Source: a bacterium (GTDB lineage: Bacteria; UBA8248). Taken from it: a stretch of DNA of 64,000 bases. The translations under genes and the position numbers were made by a program. The notes beneath the pieces are model-generated. The model searched no databases. It was not told the DNA's origin and saw only the letters and a program-made list of their open reading frames with translations. Each line of letters starts with the position of its first letter. Position 1 is the stretch's first letter. The stretch covers positions 1,664,001-1,728,000 of the forward strand of contig OZ253442.1 of assembly GCA_965261085.1 (NCBI GenBank). Reading direction: 5' to 3'. Below, in pieces: positions 1 through 10,581 of this stretch.

Positions 1-1799
1 GCGAGATAGACGAGGCGTTTCATACGGCTGATGCTACGTTCTCGGATGATTTCCACACCCATCTCGCGCACCAGGCGTATATCGAACCCACGGGTTGCGC
101 GGCAAAGTGGCATCCGGACGGGAAAATCTCCCTCTGGGGTTGTTTGCAGTCGGTGTTTTTGATTCGAACGTTTATGCTGGCGCCCGTCATGGGCATGTCC
201 CCCGATGATTTTCGCGTGACGCAAACAAAACCGGGCGGCGCGTTCGGAGGCAAGCTGGACGTGAAAGCGGCTCTTATGGCTGCGATGTTGAGCCGCGCGG
301 CGGAAAAGCCCGTCCGGTTCATCATGAGCCTGGAGGAAGATTTAACCGCCATGCGCCCGAGGATGCCGGTGCACATATCCCTGGAATCCGCCTGGATGAG
401 CGATGGCGCGCTCGCGGGCAAGCGCGTCAAAATCGTGGCGGAAAACGGCGCTTACAGCTCGCTGTCCCCGGCCATTATGAGTTCCATCGCGCTGCGGACG
501 GATAATCTCTACAAAACGCCTGCCGCGGAGATTCAGGGAAAACTCGTCTATACGAACGTGATTCCCTCGGGCCAGATGCGGGGGTTTGGCAACGTGCAGG
601 CGACTTACGCCTGGGAGAGTCACCTTGACAACGTGGCCGATGGCTTAGGCGTGGACCCGGCCGAACTTCGCCTCAAGAACTATACCGAAAAGGGAGATGT
701 CTCGCTCCACGGCTGGAAAATCGCCAGTTGCGCCGTGGCCGACGCCACGAGATACGTGGTGGACAAAATAGACTGGAAAGCCAAGCGCGCCCGGGGAGGA
801 AAAGGCCGTGGCGTAGGTCTTGCGAGTTGCATCCATGTTTCGGGAAACAAAGGATTTTCCGTCGAACTGGGGCCCGATGGCACCGATCCCTCGAGCGGTG
901 TGGTTCGCGTGGATGAGGAGGGAAAAGTCGAAATATGGTCGGGCGAGTCGGATTTGGGCCAGGGCGCCACGAGCGTGATGGCCTATATCGCCTCTGAGGT
1001 CTTGGGTATTCCGGTCGACCGGTTCAAGGTGCCTCCCACGGATACGGGCTACATGCCCTTCGGTATGGGGGCGTTCGCGAGCCGTATTACTTTGATTGGC
1101 GGAAACGCCGTAAAAATCGCTGCGGAAGACGCGCGTAGAAATTTATTGGATGCGGCGGCGGATTTCATGGAAATTCCAGCGGATGAAATCGAAATTATCG
1201 AGGGAGAAGTCCGGGCGAAAGCCCTCCCCGAGCGGAAGATGACGGTGGGCGAAGTCGTCAGGCGGGCGGGAAGCGTGATTGAAGGCAACGGAAAATGGCT
1301 GGCCGGGGGAGACGTGCTCGATAAGGAGAAATACGGGAATCCCTCGACCACGTATTCTTTCAGCACCCATGCCGCCGAGGTGGAAGTGGATATGGAGACG
1401 GGGCTCGTCACCGTTTTGCAGATTTGCTGTGGGCATGACCCGGGCCGGGTGATCAATAGGCTGGGCGCCGAGGGCCAGGTCGAGGGCGGTGCGGTTCAGG
1501 GGATGAGCTTCGCGATGATGGAAGGCCTGGCGCCGCTGGAGGGGCATATACGCGGCAGGAATTTTCACGACTATTTGATCGCCACCTCGATGGATGCCCC
1601 GCCGATAGAGCATGATTTCTTTGAATCGATGGATCCTTACGGCCCCTATGGCGCCAAGGGTTTGGCCGAAGTGGCGATAAACCCGATTACGGCGGCGATT
1701 TGCAACGCCGTCTATCATGCGACGGGCGGCGCGCGGATTCACAGCCTGCCCATCAGCCCCGAACGCGTTCTCGAGGCGATCGAAGAAGCAAGGAAATAA
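1..1799 (+). CDS. Xanthine dehydrogenase / aldehyde oxidoreductase family molybdopterin-binding subunit (5'-truncated by window edge)
   Basis: Frame is open from base 3 (EIDEAF..HQAYIEPTG); motifs GGAFGGK, MRGFG, GQG, GQVEGG and GAKGLAE. Confidence 0.92.
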   Translation, partial: EIDEAFHTADATFSDDFHTHLAHQAYIEPTGCAAKWHPDGKISLWGCLQSVFLIRTFMLAPVMGMSPDDFRVTQTKPGGAFGGKLDVKAALMAAMLSRAAEKPVRFIMSLEEDLTAMRPRMPVHISLESAWMSDGALAGKRVKIVAENGAYSSLSPAIMSSIALRTDNLYKTPAAEIQGKLVYTNVIPSGQMRGFGNVQATYAWESHLDNVADGLGVDPAELRLKNYTEKGDVSLHGWKIASCAVADATRYVVDKIDWKAKRARGGKGRGVGLASCIHVSGNKGFSVELGPDGTDPSSGVVRVDEEGKVEIWSGESDLGQGATSVMAYIASEVLGIPVDRFKVPPTDTGYMPFGMGAFASRITLIGGNAVKIAAEDARRNLLDAAADFMEIPADEIEIIEGEVRAKALPERKMTVGEVVRRAGSVIEGNGKWLAGGDVLDKEKYGNPSTTYSFSTHAAEVEVDMETGLVTVLQICCGHDPGRVINRLGAEGQVEGGAVQGMSFAMMEGLAPLEGHIRGRNFHDYLIATSMDAPPIEHDFFESMDPYGPYGAKGLAEVAINPITAAICNAVYHATGGARIHSLPISPERVLEAIEEARK

Positions 1800-1847
1800 A
1801 ATACCTCTTGAATTCGCTCAAATTCGCTCAATTTCCCGGGTGACCCC

Positions 1848-3479
1848 GTGCAAAATCTCTCCTGCGGCGTATTGATCCTGGGCGGCGGACCCGCCGCGAT
1901 GACGGCGGCCATCGCCGCCATGGATAGCGGTGCGGACGCGCTTTTGGTCTGCAAGCAGTCTCCAGGCAGTTCGGGCAACATCGTCATGGCCCGGGCGGGG
2001 CATTCGGCGAATTTCGCGCCCGATGACAGCGCGGCCCTGTTCCTGGAGGATACCCTGGAGGGCGGCGCGCACCTCAATCACCCCGCCGTCGCCGACGCCA
2101 TGTGCGCGGATTCCGCCGCGCGGATTCGCGACCTCTACGACTGGGGAATCCCTTTCATCACGCGCGAGGACGGCTCTTTCGACTTACACCCCCAGGGCGG
2201 CCACAAGAGGGACCGCGGCATTTACCCGCTCAGGAACTGGGGCGTGGAGGTGGCGAGGCCGCTGCGCAAAAAGCTGGACGCCGACGCCGCCCGGATTCTC
2301 GAAAACGTCATGGCCGTGGATTTACTCGTGGATGAGGGGGTGTGCCGGGGCGTCATCGGCTTTCATACGAGAAGCGGGGAGATTTACGCCATATCCGCCG
2401 CAGCCACCATATTGGCCACGGGCGGGGCGGGCCAGATATTTTCGGAGAACACGAACGCGGGCGGCATCACGGGAGACGGCTTCGGGGTGGCGCTGCGGGC
2501 GGGTCTCGCCCTCTCCGATATGGAGTTCGTCCAGTTCTACCCGGCCGTCATCAAGCGCCCCGAGAGCAATATGGTGGTGGCGCCCACGCTGTTCCCCCTC
2601 GGCGCGCGGTTCCTGAACCGGGATGGTGAGGACGTCCTGCGCGATGTGCCCGGCGGCGGCGGCGCCACGCGAGATTTGATGTCGCGGGCGGTCTATCTCG
2701 AACTCATGCGGGGCGGCGGGGTGGACGGCGCGGTGCGGATGGATTTGTCCGGCATATCGATGGCCGATCTGGAGCATTTCGCCCCCGACAACTTGAAACT
2801 CTTCGCCAGGAGGGGCGTTTCGCCCCACGGCGGCGATATCTACGTCTCGCCCAAGGCCCATTTCTTCATGGGCGGGGTGCCGATCGATGGAAACGGCGCG
2901 ACGGCCATGCCGGGCCTCTACGCGGCCGGTGAGGTGAGCGCGGGCGCGCACGGGGCGAACCGCCTCTCGAACAACGCCTTCACCGAGGCCCATACGCTGG
3001 GCTGGCGAGCGGCCAAAGCCGCCGCCGACTGTGCGGCTGGCATGAACGGGGCGGCGATAAACCCTGCGCTCGTGAAGGCTCATGCCGATGCGCTCACGGC
3101 GCGCGCGGGCAGGGTGAACCGCGCGGTGGAGTTCACCCGCGAGATCAAGCGCCTCTGCTGGGAGAAGGCCGGCATCGTGCGCGAGAGGGGCCTGCTGGAG
3201 GAGGCGAGGGACGAACTAGACGAGGCCCGGCGCGGCCTGGCCGCGTGCGGGGGGAGCGAGCCCGCGCGGCTAATAGAGGCCATCGAGGCGGAGAACATGT
3301 GCCTGAGCGCGCGGGCGGTCGTGGAGTCCGCGCTCATGCGGACGGAGAGCCGGGGCGCGCACTACCGGACCGATTATCCCGAGCCGGACGATGCGCGGTG
3401 GCGGGTGAACATTTTCGTGAAAAAAGATGAAAACTCATTTTTGGCTTGCACCCGCCCCGTCGGCGCCCATGCGTGGTGA
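1848..3479 (+). CDS. FAD-dependent oxidoreductase, L-aspartate oxidase / succinate dehydrogenase flavoprotein family
   Basis: GGGPAA, LATGGAG, MEFVQFYP, HFFMGG, HGANRL and ESRGAHYR motifs. Confidence 0.88.
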   Translation: MQNLSCGVLILGGGPAAMTAAIAAMDSGADALLVCKQSPGSSGNIVMARAGHSANFAPDDSAALFLEDTLEGGAHLNHPAVADAMCADSAARIRDLYDWGIPFITREDGSFDLHPQGGHKRDRGIYPLRNWGVEVARPLRKKLDADAARILENVMAVDLLVDEGVCRGVIGFHTRSGEIYAISAAATILATGGAGQIFSENTNAGGITGDGFGVALRAGLALSDMEFVQFYPAVIKRPESNMVVAPTLFPLGARFLNRDGEDVLRDVPGGGGATRDLMSRAVYLELMRGGGVDGAVRMDLSGISMADLEHFAPDNLKLFARRGVSPHGGDIYVSPKAHFFMGGVPIDGNGATAMPGLYAAGEVSAGAHGANRLSNNAFTEAHTLGWRAAKAAADCAAGMNGAAINPALVKAHADALTARAGRVNRAVEFTREIKRLCWEKAGIVRERGLLEEARDELDEARRGLAACGGSEPARLIEAIEAENMCLSARAVVESALMRTESRGAHYRTDYPEPDDARWRVNIFVKKDENSFLACTRPVGAHAW

Positions 3480-3751
3480 AACCCCGTAACACATTATATA
3501 TCAATGAGATATTCCTTCATTTATTTACCGGAAAACCCCGTGAATTTATCGATATTTTCAGGTATTCATCCCTTTTTGAAAAAACAGCATCCTAGGGTAT
3601 CGCACGGACATCCTGCCGTGCGCCCGCCCCCCAGCCATGACGCCAATTGCAGGCAAATGCGCGCGCGGTTTTTCATCGGTGATTTCTGCGGGAGCGTTTG
3701 ACCCGATTGACGAGGGAGGGCGAGCGGGGCGAGTGAAGCATGATTCTCTCC

Positions 3752-4200
3752 AACCCCCCAACCCCCCTTGTCAGGGGGGCTTTGTTTCTTACCCCCCTGT
3801 CAAGGGGGGGTAGGGGGGGTTGCTCCTGCGGGATTATGCCGACCAACGCGGGGGGTCAGTTCCTCCCTTCCCGGTCGGAGCCGCCCTTCGATACGCCGTC
3901 TTCGTCGGCTACTCAGGGTGAAGTCGATACAGTGGCGATGCAAGACGAGGGGAGGGAGTGTTCATGGCAAGGAAGGATGGGGGGGAGTCGGAGGGAATAG
4001 TGCTTTACCCGTCCCGCTCGCCCTCTTTCGGCTGGTAAAAGCAACCCCCCTGTCCCCCCTTGTCAGGGGGGTAAAGGCCATGCGCCCCGTCGAGGGGGTA
4101 AAGGCCATGCCACCCGACGAGGGGGTAAAGGCCATGCCACCCGACGAGGGGGTGTTGAAAAAGCCCCCCTGACAAGGGGGGACAGGGGGGTTTATGACAA
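3752..4200. repeat. REP-like palindrome cluster (CCCCCCTTGTCAGGGGGG family) including three tandem 27-bp units at 4067-4147
   Basis: Repeated CCCCCTTGTCAGGGGG / CCCCCTGACAAGGGGG palindromes; GGGGGTAAAGGCCATGC..CGA three times; about 3948-4100 recurs inverted at about 15150-15295. Confidence 0.8.
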
Positions 4201-4202
4201 GA

Positions 4203-4537
4203 GGGGTTGTTGAAAAACCCCTGATTCCGTGAATTGGTGAATGAAACCAACCGGGGAGGAGAGTCCGTAGGGACAATCCCTCCTCGGGGTCGTCCCACAG
4301 GTCGCGACCTGTCCTTACAGGGCGGTGCGGTTTTGTTCGTCATTCCGGCGAAAGCTGGTGGCAACCGCGAGGTTGACCATTTGTTTTGCCTTTGTTTTTT
4401 ATTTTCTGATTGGTTCCCGTCGATGACGAGGAGATGAAAAGCCGGAGTTTTGTCCTTTTGCATCAGAATGGATTCCGGCTTTCGCCGGAATGACGACGGT
4501 GGTTAACTCCGAGCGCGGAGGGCTTTTTCAACAGCCC
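4203..4537. mobile_element. MITE-like element, copy 1 (ends GGGGTTGTTGAAAAACCC ... GGGCTTTTTCAACAGCCC)
   Basis: Near-identical to 14741-15037; terminal inverted repeats; carries internal REP palindromes; no credible ORF. Confidence 0.65.
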
Positions 4538-4574
4538 TTCATCAGTCGCGTTTCACCCCCAGCATCCAAGCAAA

Positions 4575-4642
4575 AAAAAAGGAACCGCCCACCCTCCCGT
4601 ATCCAGGTCGGTTGCCTGGGAGAGGGGGGCAGTCCCTTTTTC
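4575..4642. terminator. Long hairpin flanked by A and T tracts, likely an intrinsic terminator downstream of the lipoprotein genes
   Basis: AAAAAGG..CCCTCCC..CCAGG-loop-CCTGG..GAGGGGGG..CCCTTTTT. Confidence 0.5.
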
Positions 4643-4833
4643 CGGTGTTACGGTGTTGCCAAGCGTCCTGATGCTGCGTATAAAAGAGAGCGGGGGTTGC
4701 CCCTTGTTCCCAATCCCGGCCCGAGGACTCAAACTCTAAGCAAGGAGTGGTACAGTTTGCCCTATCACGAGGGAAGCAACCAACGGGCAACCCCCATTTC
4801 GCTCTCCTTCAAAGCATCGTGCTCTTTCGGTTT

Positions 4834-6551
4834 CTACCTGTTCGCCCCGAATGCCCCGATGAAGGCGGCGCTTCCCACCGGAGCGCTTTGCTGGGTAGCA
4901 CATAAAAGGTTCCCGCCACCGAGCCGGGATGCTGAGACGAATACGTCGTTGTTATTGTTCTTGTTGTAACACCATCAGTCGGAGTATCCGCCGCAGTCAC
5001 TGTTGTCGGCGATTCTTTTTTGTATCTCAGTCCGAAAAACTGGCCCTTCCATGCGCCGCTGAAGGATTTCCCATCAACCACGCCGATGGCCACACCAGCT
5101 TCAAATGCGGCATTTATAGTATCGTTGTCAAAGGTCTGTTTCTGTAATTCGATGCTGCCCGCCATGGATTGTCCACCGGCGGTGATGTTGGTGACCGCGC
5201 CTTCGATGCTGCCCTCGCCATCCGTACCTGTGCCTGTCGGATTCTGGAACTCGGCGGTGAGTTCAACTGTCGCCCGGAAATAGCCCGTCTCTCCTCCCGC
5301 GAGGTAGGCGCCGTTCGCATCCCCCTTGTAGGTGGCCGTTACATCTTCGCCGTCTTTCACAAATCCGCTGATGCGGTCGAATCCAGTAGTATCCCCGCAT
5401 AATCTGTTCGTTATGGTTGTTCCGGATGTAGATGTAGTTTGACCACTATTTTCATTACCACTACAGAAGTTTGAAGTGGCGATGATGGGTTGGCCACCAT
5501 ACGTGAAAGCCGTTATTCTGGAATCGCTCAGATTTCCGTTGTCCACCGTAAGCCAGATTCCGGCGAGCAGATAATCGGTGTCGGGTTTATAGTCATACCG
5601 GTCGTCGTGAAGCGTATCGGTTTCATCAGCCGCGACTTTATTTCTTACCCTTCTCTCTTTACTGATGTCCGTGTAGGCGTTGACGAAGGTGGTGCCGCCT
5701 TCGTTTTTCAGATCGAAGCCATTGGAAAGGCGGCCCGTTCCACTGAGTTTAGGCGTCTTGCTGTTCGATGTAAGACCCTGTACCAAAACCGTCCGCTGTC
5801 CAATTTTTCTGTTTGCGCCGGTCCCGATATCCGCAGGGTATTCAGCGCATGGCGCAACGCAAGGAGTACGAGGGTTGCCGCTGGACGGGCCTGAGTTACC
5901 AGCCGGGCCTACGACAATGCTTCCGGCTGTCAGGGCGGCCGTGTCCAACACGGCGTCAGAGAGGAGTTTGTTGTCTCTCATGTGCTTGATGAGGGAGGAG
6001 TTGTTCGTCAGAGCGGCCTCGCTCGCTTGCCGTTGTCTGCGAGCGGACGCAACCGCATTTGCGGCGCTCAGGATGGACCCAACCGACGATTGCGCGCTTA
6101 TCAGGTCACCACGCGCCGCCTGCGCCTCCGCCAGCGCGCTTTCCGCATCCTCCGGCATGGTGGCCGCATCCGCCGTGTCTTTCGCGTCTTCAATCTCCGT
6201 CAAGAGGTCTTGCGCTTCGACTGCAAGAGCGAGAGCTCTTGTTATCTGATCGGGCGTGGCGTCGTCGTGGGCCTGCACCGCCGCCGCTGCAGATCGCGCC
6301 GCCAGTGCTCGATCAATAGCGTCGTCGACGATGTCGTCGAGATCATCCTGCGCGTCTGCTATCCTTTTCTCGTCCGTCGGCCCCGGAGCCATGCAGTCCG
6401 GGTACGTCCCGACTTGACCCTCCGTACACATCATCACCGCGCCGTCGTCGTCCATGGCGGAACCGCCGCCTCCGCCACCGCAACCGGAGGCAAATGCCGT
6501 AATGAACACCACAAAAACCATCAAGCCCAAATATCTGAGCATTTTCATCAT
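4834..6551 (-). CDS. Surface lipoprotein with a TbpB-like C-terminal beta-barrel; apparent 2-nt frameshift near the 3' end
   Basis: Lipobox ASGC plus poly-Gly linker; barrel motifs YLLAGIW, ATYKGDANG, GAWKGQFFG, SVAGTF. Removing 2 nt at about 4900 restores the ending ..SAAFIGAFGANR*. Confidence 0.75.
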
Positions 6552-6667
6552 TTGCCCCCTAAGGCTACGCCCCCCTTCCAGGAAATCAGAAGGGGGCGGG
6601 CGGAAAAACTGAATTCAATTTATTACGCTTATGTGCGCCGAAGCGCCGGTAATTCCCGTTCTTTCAT

Positions 6668-6712
6668 CCCCCGGCCCCGGGCGTCATGCCGACGCCCGGG
6701 GCCAAAGGGGCG
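6668..6712 (-). terminator. GC-rich hairpin between the two lipoprotein genes
   Basis: GGCCCCGGGCGTC-ATGCC-GACGCCCGGGGCC. Confidence 0.5.
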
Positions 6713-6735
6713 TCATGTCTATCCTCTTATTACTA

Positions 6736-8512
6736 TTACTCCGCCTTCCAAGAGCCGAACGCGCCCAGAATGCTCACCGGGGCAGTGCCACCACTCGTAC
6801 CGCTGAAAGTGCCTGCGGCGGTCGTGGGGAATTCGGATTCAATCGCCTTGCCGGTCGCCTTGTTGGGGCCGTAGAACTGGCCGCCCCACGCGCCCTTCAA
6901 CAAGGCGCTTCCCAAGGTGCCCTCAGTGACGCCGATGAAGCCGCCGTCGCTGGCGCCATTTGCTGCACCCGCGATGACTTTCGCCCTCTTCAACGTCAGC
7001 GAACCTTCCATGTCCATGCCGCCGGCCCTGATGTTGGAGACGGTTCCGGTGACGGCGCCTATGAGCAGCCCGTCATTGTCGGTAACAGCCGCCTCACTAC
7101 CAGGTGTGTTATCAGCCCCGGCGTTGCCGCCGAAGTTGGCTTCCAGGCTGACGTCCGCGTCGAAGTACTCGACCCATGCCGGCCGCCGAGTACAGGCCGT
7201 TTGCGACACCGTTATACGTCGCGCTGCCCTTGAGTACGGCCATGACGTTGAACCGGTCGTTGCCGTAAGCGAATGCGCCTGCCTGGGCGTCTGGACCGGT
7301 TTTATCCGGGTTGGAGTCTCTGATGGAAGCTTGTACCCAGAAACCCCAGGCGAGGTAGTCGGTATCGGCCTTTTTGGTGCCCGTTGCGTTCGCCACGGGC
7401 TGAAACACGTAGCCCACAGTTGTGATGATTTCGCCCTTGGCGTTGGCGCTTATGGAGCAGTCTGTGGCTGGAGCGCAGTAGAACCGCCCTTCCTGCGCCG
7501 GTATATTGTCGATAGCGGACACATCATGTGTTCCCTCGAAGCTCTTTCCGTCTCCCGGAATAACGCCGGTGATTACATGGTCGTCTGCCAGAGTGACATC
7601 GGCTCCATAGCTCGGCGTCGCCACATCCCCTTGAATGTCCGTGCTGACGACGAGATGAGTTTTCAGCATAGTAGTCTCTTCGGTGGTGGTGTCCGGCAAC
7701 AGCAGATCCTGGGCTTCCCAGTTTCCTTTGGTATTGAAACGTGAAGCAGTTTCACCCGCCAGCAGACGATTACCCTCACCAATTTCAAGCGCAAATGCTG
7801 ATCCACTCGCCTTATGCGCCGCTACTGCCGTGGCCGCTACTGTAGCTACCACAATCTGAGTGCCTTCGTCGGCATCGCTTTTTCCGCCCTGGTTAGTCAA
7901 ACTACCAGCTACAGTTACTGCTGGCTCTCCAATTTGTAAATCAGCATCAGCAGTAGGAGCATCTCCGGCAGCCCCTATTGCGGCGCCCACGTTTTTCGCA
8001 TTGTTAACAGCCTTGGGCGCTTCCGAACCACTCAACTCGGCATTTTCGATATCGTCGCCGTTAAGGGGCTTGTTCGACAGCATAATTATTCCCAGACCGG
8101 TCGCGCCGCCCGCCATCATCGCGCTGTCGCGAGCCGCCTCGGCTGCCGTCTGATACTCCCCGGCCATTGCGGAAGTCGTGGCCATCGCCGCCGAGTCGGA
8201 CGCGCTTTTGGCCATGGCCGCGTACTTATACGCATTGCCTGACGCCACGGGGTCCACCGCGCTGCCCACGGCGGCCATCGCCGCTACCGCCGCCGCCATG
8301 GCGCCTTCCTGCGCGTCACTCAGGGCCTTCGCTTCGATTTGATCAGGCGTCGGGCCTGGATCCACCGGATCCACCGGATCCACCACAGGCGGCATTTCCT
8401 CATCCATATCCATCATGGCGCTGCCGCCGCCGCAGCCGGCGAGCGTCAGCGCAAACACGGCCGCCAGTGCAAAAGCGTAGAACTTGCTTATTGATTTCTC
8501 TCTGAACATCAT
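6736..8512 (-). CDS. Second TbpB-like surface lipoprotein; 1-nt frameshift at about 7174 joins ORFs 7112-8512 and 6736-7209
   Basis: Lipobox LAGC; PVD repeats; DYLAWGFW and ATYNGVANG, then in the other frame VEYFDADVSL..GAWGGQFYGP..GTF..LGAFGSWKAE*. Confidence 0.78.
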
Positions 8513-8719
8513 TTAGTGAGTCCTCCTGATTACAGTAGAAAAAGGGATTTTCAGTGTATTTCCGGCTTTCTCCGATTAACCTCCTTTCCTCGCGTATCTT
8601 TCGGGCCGTAAAACCTGGTTCTGTGTTTTTTTAGTTGACCGGAGAGCAACGACGTTTCGGACGGGCCGTCCGGTCCGTATGGGACAAAATTCAGGAGGCA
8701 TGGGTGTAGCGGGATGGTC

Positions 8720-9242
8720 CCTGCCTTCGGCAGGGAGGGTCTTTTTGTTTTCCGCCGTCATCCCGAAGGTGACCGCGCCTCGTGAATCGTGTCGCAAACT
8801 TAGGTCAAAAAAGGTTTCTCAACGTATTTCCGCTTTGTCCGGTGAGCCTCCTTCTTCTCGTGTATACATGCGGGCTGTTAATAAGCCGATTGAGATCTTT
8901 TTTCGTCGGCGCCGGAGTGCGAAGAACGGCATGTCGCAGTCCGGGCCGGTTGCGACACAATCCACGAGGTATAGGATCTTGAGGTGGGTTCCCGCCTATT
9001 CCGGCCTTCAGGAGAAGGTCGTCTTGTATTCAGCGGGCAGCCCGAAGTCGACTGCACCTCATGGAATGTGTCGCAACATTCATCTTGCTACAGCTATTTC
9101 CGTTTTGTCAAGGTGATTAATCGCCTAATTCGGCCTTCTGTGAGAAGACCGCCTCGTGTCGGCGGGCAGCCGAAGCCTCGTCACCTCGCGGATTGTGTCG
9201 CACAATTTTCATCTTGCGGGAATTTTTCCGGTTTTGTCAAGA
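8720..9242 (-). promoter_or_regulatory. Array of degenerate ~120-130-bp units sharing a CCTCRYGRAWYGTGTCGCA core; two units start with TTGACA on the minus strand
   Basis: 8994-9112 aligns with 9123-9241; weaker copy at about 8722-8840; inverted core at 8950-8970. Confidence 0.5.
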
Positions 9243-9349
9243 GAAAGTTTTTGCTCAATTTCGAGCGGGGGGGGGGGTGGGCTTTGCCGGGGAGGGAAAG
9301 CCTGCGCCTTTGAGGAGTGGGGAGCGATTGTGGTTCCCCTCCTTTATAT

Positions 9350-10552
9350 TCACTCCCCCCTTGAGGGGGAGTCGGTGAGGTAAGGGCGCAAGCCCGCAAG
9401 CGAACCGGTGGGGGGTGCTTTTATTTTAGAATCGTCCCCTCACCGCATCAGCCTTCGCACAAACCGCTCGGCTTCTGCGACTCCCCCTCAAGGGGGGAGT
9501 GATTCCCGTCCTTCTTCAGTTGGCAATACCCTCAAGGGGGGAGTGTTCCCGTCTGCTCGGCTTCTGCGACATCCCCTCCCTCATCACTCGCGTTTGTTAC
9601 CCAACACTTCGTGTATTTTCTCCAGAACGCCGTGGAGATTCTCAAAAACCTCCGTGTTCCAGAAGCGCAGCACGCGGTAGCCTCTGCGCCGCAGAAATTC
9701 ATCGCGCTCTCGATCGCGGGCTTTCCGCTCGGCGTGGCCGCCGCCGTCGAGTTCGATCACGAGTTTTTCGGACATGCACGCGAAATCCGCGATGTAGGGG
9801 CCGATGGGCTGTTGGCGGCGGAATTTGCGGGCGCCGAGCCCTTTGTCGCGCAGGCGAGCCCACAGCAATCCCTCCGCGTCCGTGTGTTCGCGGCGGAGGG
9901 TTTGGGCGTTTTGCAGGGTATTTCGGGCGTATCGACGGTTGGGGTCGGTTTGCTTGCGCGGTGGAGGGTTTTTCATGCGGTCTCCTCGGTGGCGGCTTTG
10001 GTATTACTCCTTCTTGGCCTTCATAATCACTCCCCCCTTGAGCAACGCCCTCGAACTAGCATTGTATCCAATCACTCCCCCCTTGAGGGTCATTTCCGAC
10101 CGATAAGGGAGGGAATGTCCCCTGCCTAGCGAGATATGTGGTCACTCCCCCCTTGAGGGGGAGTCGCAGAAGCCGAGCGTTTTGTGCGAAGGCTGATGCT
10201 GTGGGGGGTATGATTCTAAATAAAGGCTCCCCACAAAATAGAAGCACCCCCCACCGGCGCGACTTCGGGCTTCGCCCTCGTCTTGCCGACTCCCCCTCAA
10301 GGGGGGAGTGATTCCCGTCCTTCTTCAGTTGGCAATACCCTCAAGGGGGGAGTGTTCCCGTCTGCTCGGCTTCTGCGACATCTCCTCCTTCATCAGTCGA
10401 AGTTGACCCTCAAGGGGGGAGTAATTTTATAATGTGTAAGTCTAATGAGAAATCCAATCCTCCATTTTTCCCATGGACTTTTTTCACTCCCCCCTTGAGG
10501 GGGAGTCGGCAAGACGAGGGCGAAGCCCGAAGTCACGCCGGTGGGGGGAGTG
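9350..10552. repeat. Cluster of CACTCCCCCCTTGAGGGGGAGT palindromes, with 109-bp direct repeats at 9478-9586 and 10287-10395
   Basis: About ten full or partial copies seen directly; a related copy at about 37570-37655. Confidence 0.85.
9584..9976 (-). CDS. DUF559 / Vsr-like endonuclease domain protein
   Basis: LRREHTDAE..LW..LR..KFRRQQPIGPYIADF..LVIELDGG.H..D.ERD.FL..GYRVLRFWN. Confidence 0.9.
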   Translation of the reverse strand: MKNPPPRKQTDPNRRYARNTLQNAQTLRREHTDAEGLLWARLRDKGLGARKFRRQQPIGPYIADFACMSEKLVIELDGGGHAERKARDRERDEFLRRRGYRVLRFWNTEVFENLHGVLEKIHEVLGNKRE

Positions 10553-10581
10553 GTTTTGAAGACCAGGGAGAAGACCGACTC

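Noticed and set aside
4067-4153. CRISPR-like short repeats
   Set aside because: Units are contiguous without unique spacers, and there are no cas genes
3504-4969. Several 60-160-aa ORFs in repeat regions (also 14681-15312 and 33153-33656)
   Set aside because: They are translations of REP/MITE palindromes (e.g. IPAFAGMT, PLVRG), not credible proteins
5680-7744. Long plus-strand ORFs opposite the lipoproteins, and similar antisense ORFs throughout the window
   Set aside because: Shadow ORFs expected from GC-rich codon usage; the opposite strand carries the recognisable motifs
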